A program made the translations under genes and the position numbers. Shown here in pieces: positions 62,901 to 64,000 of a DNA stretch of 64,000 nt. The notes under the pieces are model-generated. The model saw only the letters and a list, made by a program, of their open reading frames with translations, was not told the origin of the DNA and searched no databases. This stretch comes from Camelus dromedarius (lineage: Eukaryota). The first letter of the stretch is position 1. Every line of letters starts with the position of its first letter. The stretch is from positions 52,764,001-52,828,000 of the forward strand of contig NC_087447.1 of assembly GCF_036321535.1 (NCBI RefSeq), read 5' to 3'.

Positions 62901-64000
62901 CAACTAGGGGGACGGAAGCCATACTTGGCCCCTATCCCCATCCCATCCCCATTAGAGCCGGCCTAGCCCAGAAACCAGGAATAGGTACATGATGGTAGCC
63001 GACCCCGCCTGGCAGAGGCCAGCACTCTCTCTCCTAACCCCGCGCCAGAGTGGGCCTGAATGTCTGGGATGCTCGGCATCTCCAAGGGGGACCAGGCTTC
63101 GCGGGCAGGTTTCTAAACACGTGAAGGGCACTGCGTAGGGAAGATGAGGAGGAGGCGCTCTGAGAGGCAGCGAAGAGGGGCTTTGGGGTTCTTCAGGGCA
63201 CAAAGTCAGTTTCCTATAACAGCACTCCCTGGAAGGCCTCCCGGTACCCCTGAGGGGAGGCTTGGGCCTTAAGGACTCAGTGGACCCTAAGTTCTGACCC
63301 GCTTTTCTCTCTAATCACTCGCAGATCCTCTTCCCAGTCCCTGCCTCCATCACCGGTTCTTTGGGAACAGCAGCATCAGCACCCAACGCCCATCGCAGGA
63401 GTGGGCGCCGTGATGCGAGGCGTCTCCGTTCTCCGGTGCCGGGGTGTAAGCGCTCTGACACTTACGTTCCTCAAGCAGGCAAACTTTCAGGCTTGTCTTT
63501 CGCGAACCGGGTTCCGGCATCACGGTTCCGGGTAATCACTGAGGCAGTTTATATAATTGCTCGCGACGCCGTTCGGCGTATCTCCCGGTGTGCGCGGCCG
63601 CACAGCTCAGCACATGGGCTCCCTCTAAGCCTGGCGCTCGAATCCCCAGCGTGACCCGCCGCCGACTTCCACAAAGCATCAGGGAGGTCTCGTGGGCGAG
63701 TCAGACACTAACAGTGCAAGCAGGACCAGGCAAGACACAAGGTGCCTCCCCGCGCCGCTTTCGCTGCATTGGTTGCTTAACGGATAGCTGCATCTCTAAA
63801 AACCTTCTCGCCAGGCCTGGGGGCAGTAGGGGGTAAGGGACCGGGCAGGACATCGGCGCGGTTCAGAAGAGGGCTCCGTACCCAACTGAGTAAGAATACC
63901 CTCGTCCACATGGACGAGGGCTCACAAGGCTCACAAATCGCTTTAACGTCTCGCTCTGAATGGGGAGCCAGTTTCCAAAGTTAGAAACCACGCAGTTGAA

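Larger units (their letters stand above)
61700..63900. promoter_or_regulatory. CpG island / promoter
   Basis: Very high GC and CpG density (densest 61850-62420 and 63350-63700), repeat-free; ETS-like CGGAAG and YY1-like GCCAT at ~62913-62922, GC boxes. Confidence 0.92.

Noticed and set aside
61478..62966. Long ORFs (238, 274, 242, 163, 161 aa) as protein-coding genes
   Set aside because: Overlap on both strands in a CpG island where stops are scarce; Arg/Gly/Pro-rich, run through a CA microsatellite and across a splice donor; no recognisable domain
3236..63123. Frequent CACGTG E-boxes as a clock/MYC signature
   Set aside because: Scattered, several lie in CA/TG repeats or transposon remnants; enrichment cannot be established without a background model
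1..64000. tRNA, rRNA, snRNA, snoRNA or miRNA genes
   Set aside because: No recognisable sequence or convincing long hairpin found by eye; an Infernal/Rfam scan would be needed to exclude short RNAs

Overview
Mammalian (eutherian) genomic DNA, almost certainly non-coding throughout; no protein-coding exon, RNA gene, CRISPR array or prokaryote-type system can be supported, and the ORF track appears to be chance ORFs plus L1 ORF2 remnants. The right end (~61.7-63.9 kb) is a CpG-island promoter with a probable minus-strand first exon ending at a CAG|GTACCG donor (62419/62418); the remaining ~62 kb reads as 5' introns of a large, unidentified minus-strand gene, with candidate small non-coding exons at 58925-58975, 37330-37394 and 8550-8630. 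The introns are dense in ancient repeats (MIR, L2, L1M, MER3/MER5/MER58/MER112 hATs, MLT1 and LTR16-type solo LTRs, a Tigger1 deletion derivative) plus five younger cetartiodactyl-type L1 3' ends; no Alu, Bov-tA/A2, CHR, PRE1 or Can-SINE was seen, suggesting a camelid (inference). The most notable observations are regulatory/structural: three upstream ATGs (one per frame) at the end of exon 1, a twin-primed 5'-inverted L1 with intact TSD, a three-layer MIR>Tigger1>L1 nest, a 49-bp minisatellite, an AP-1 site cluster, three perfect TTACGTAA (PAR-bZIP/NFIL3) palindromes, an intronic CCAAT/GC-box mini-promoter and several repeat-free enhancer-like blocks. Repeat family names and boundaries are by eye and approximate; I found no convincing novel biological system.
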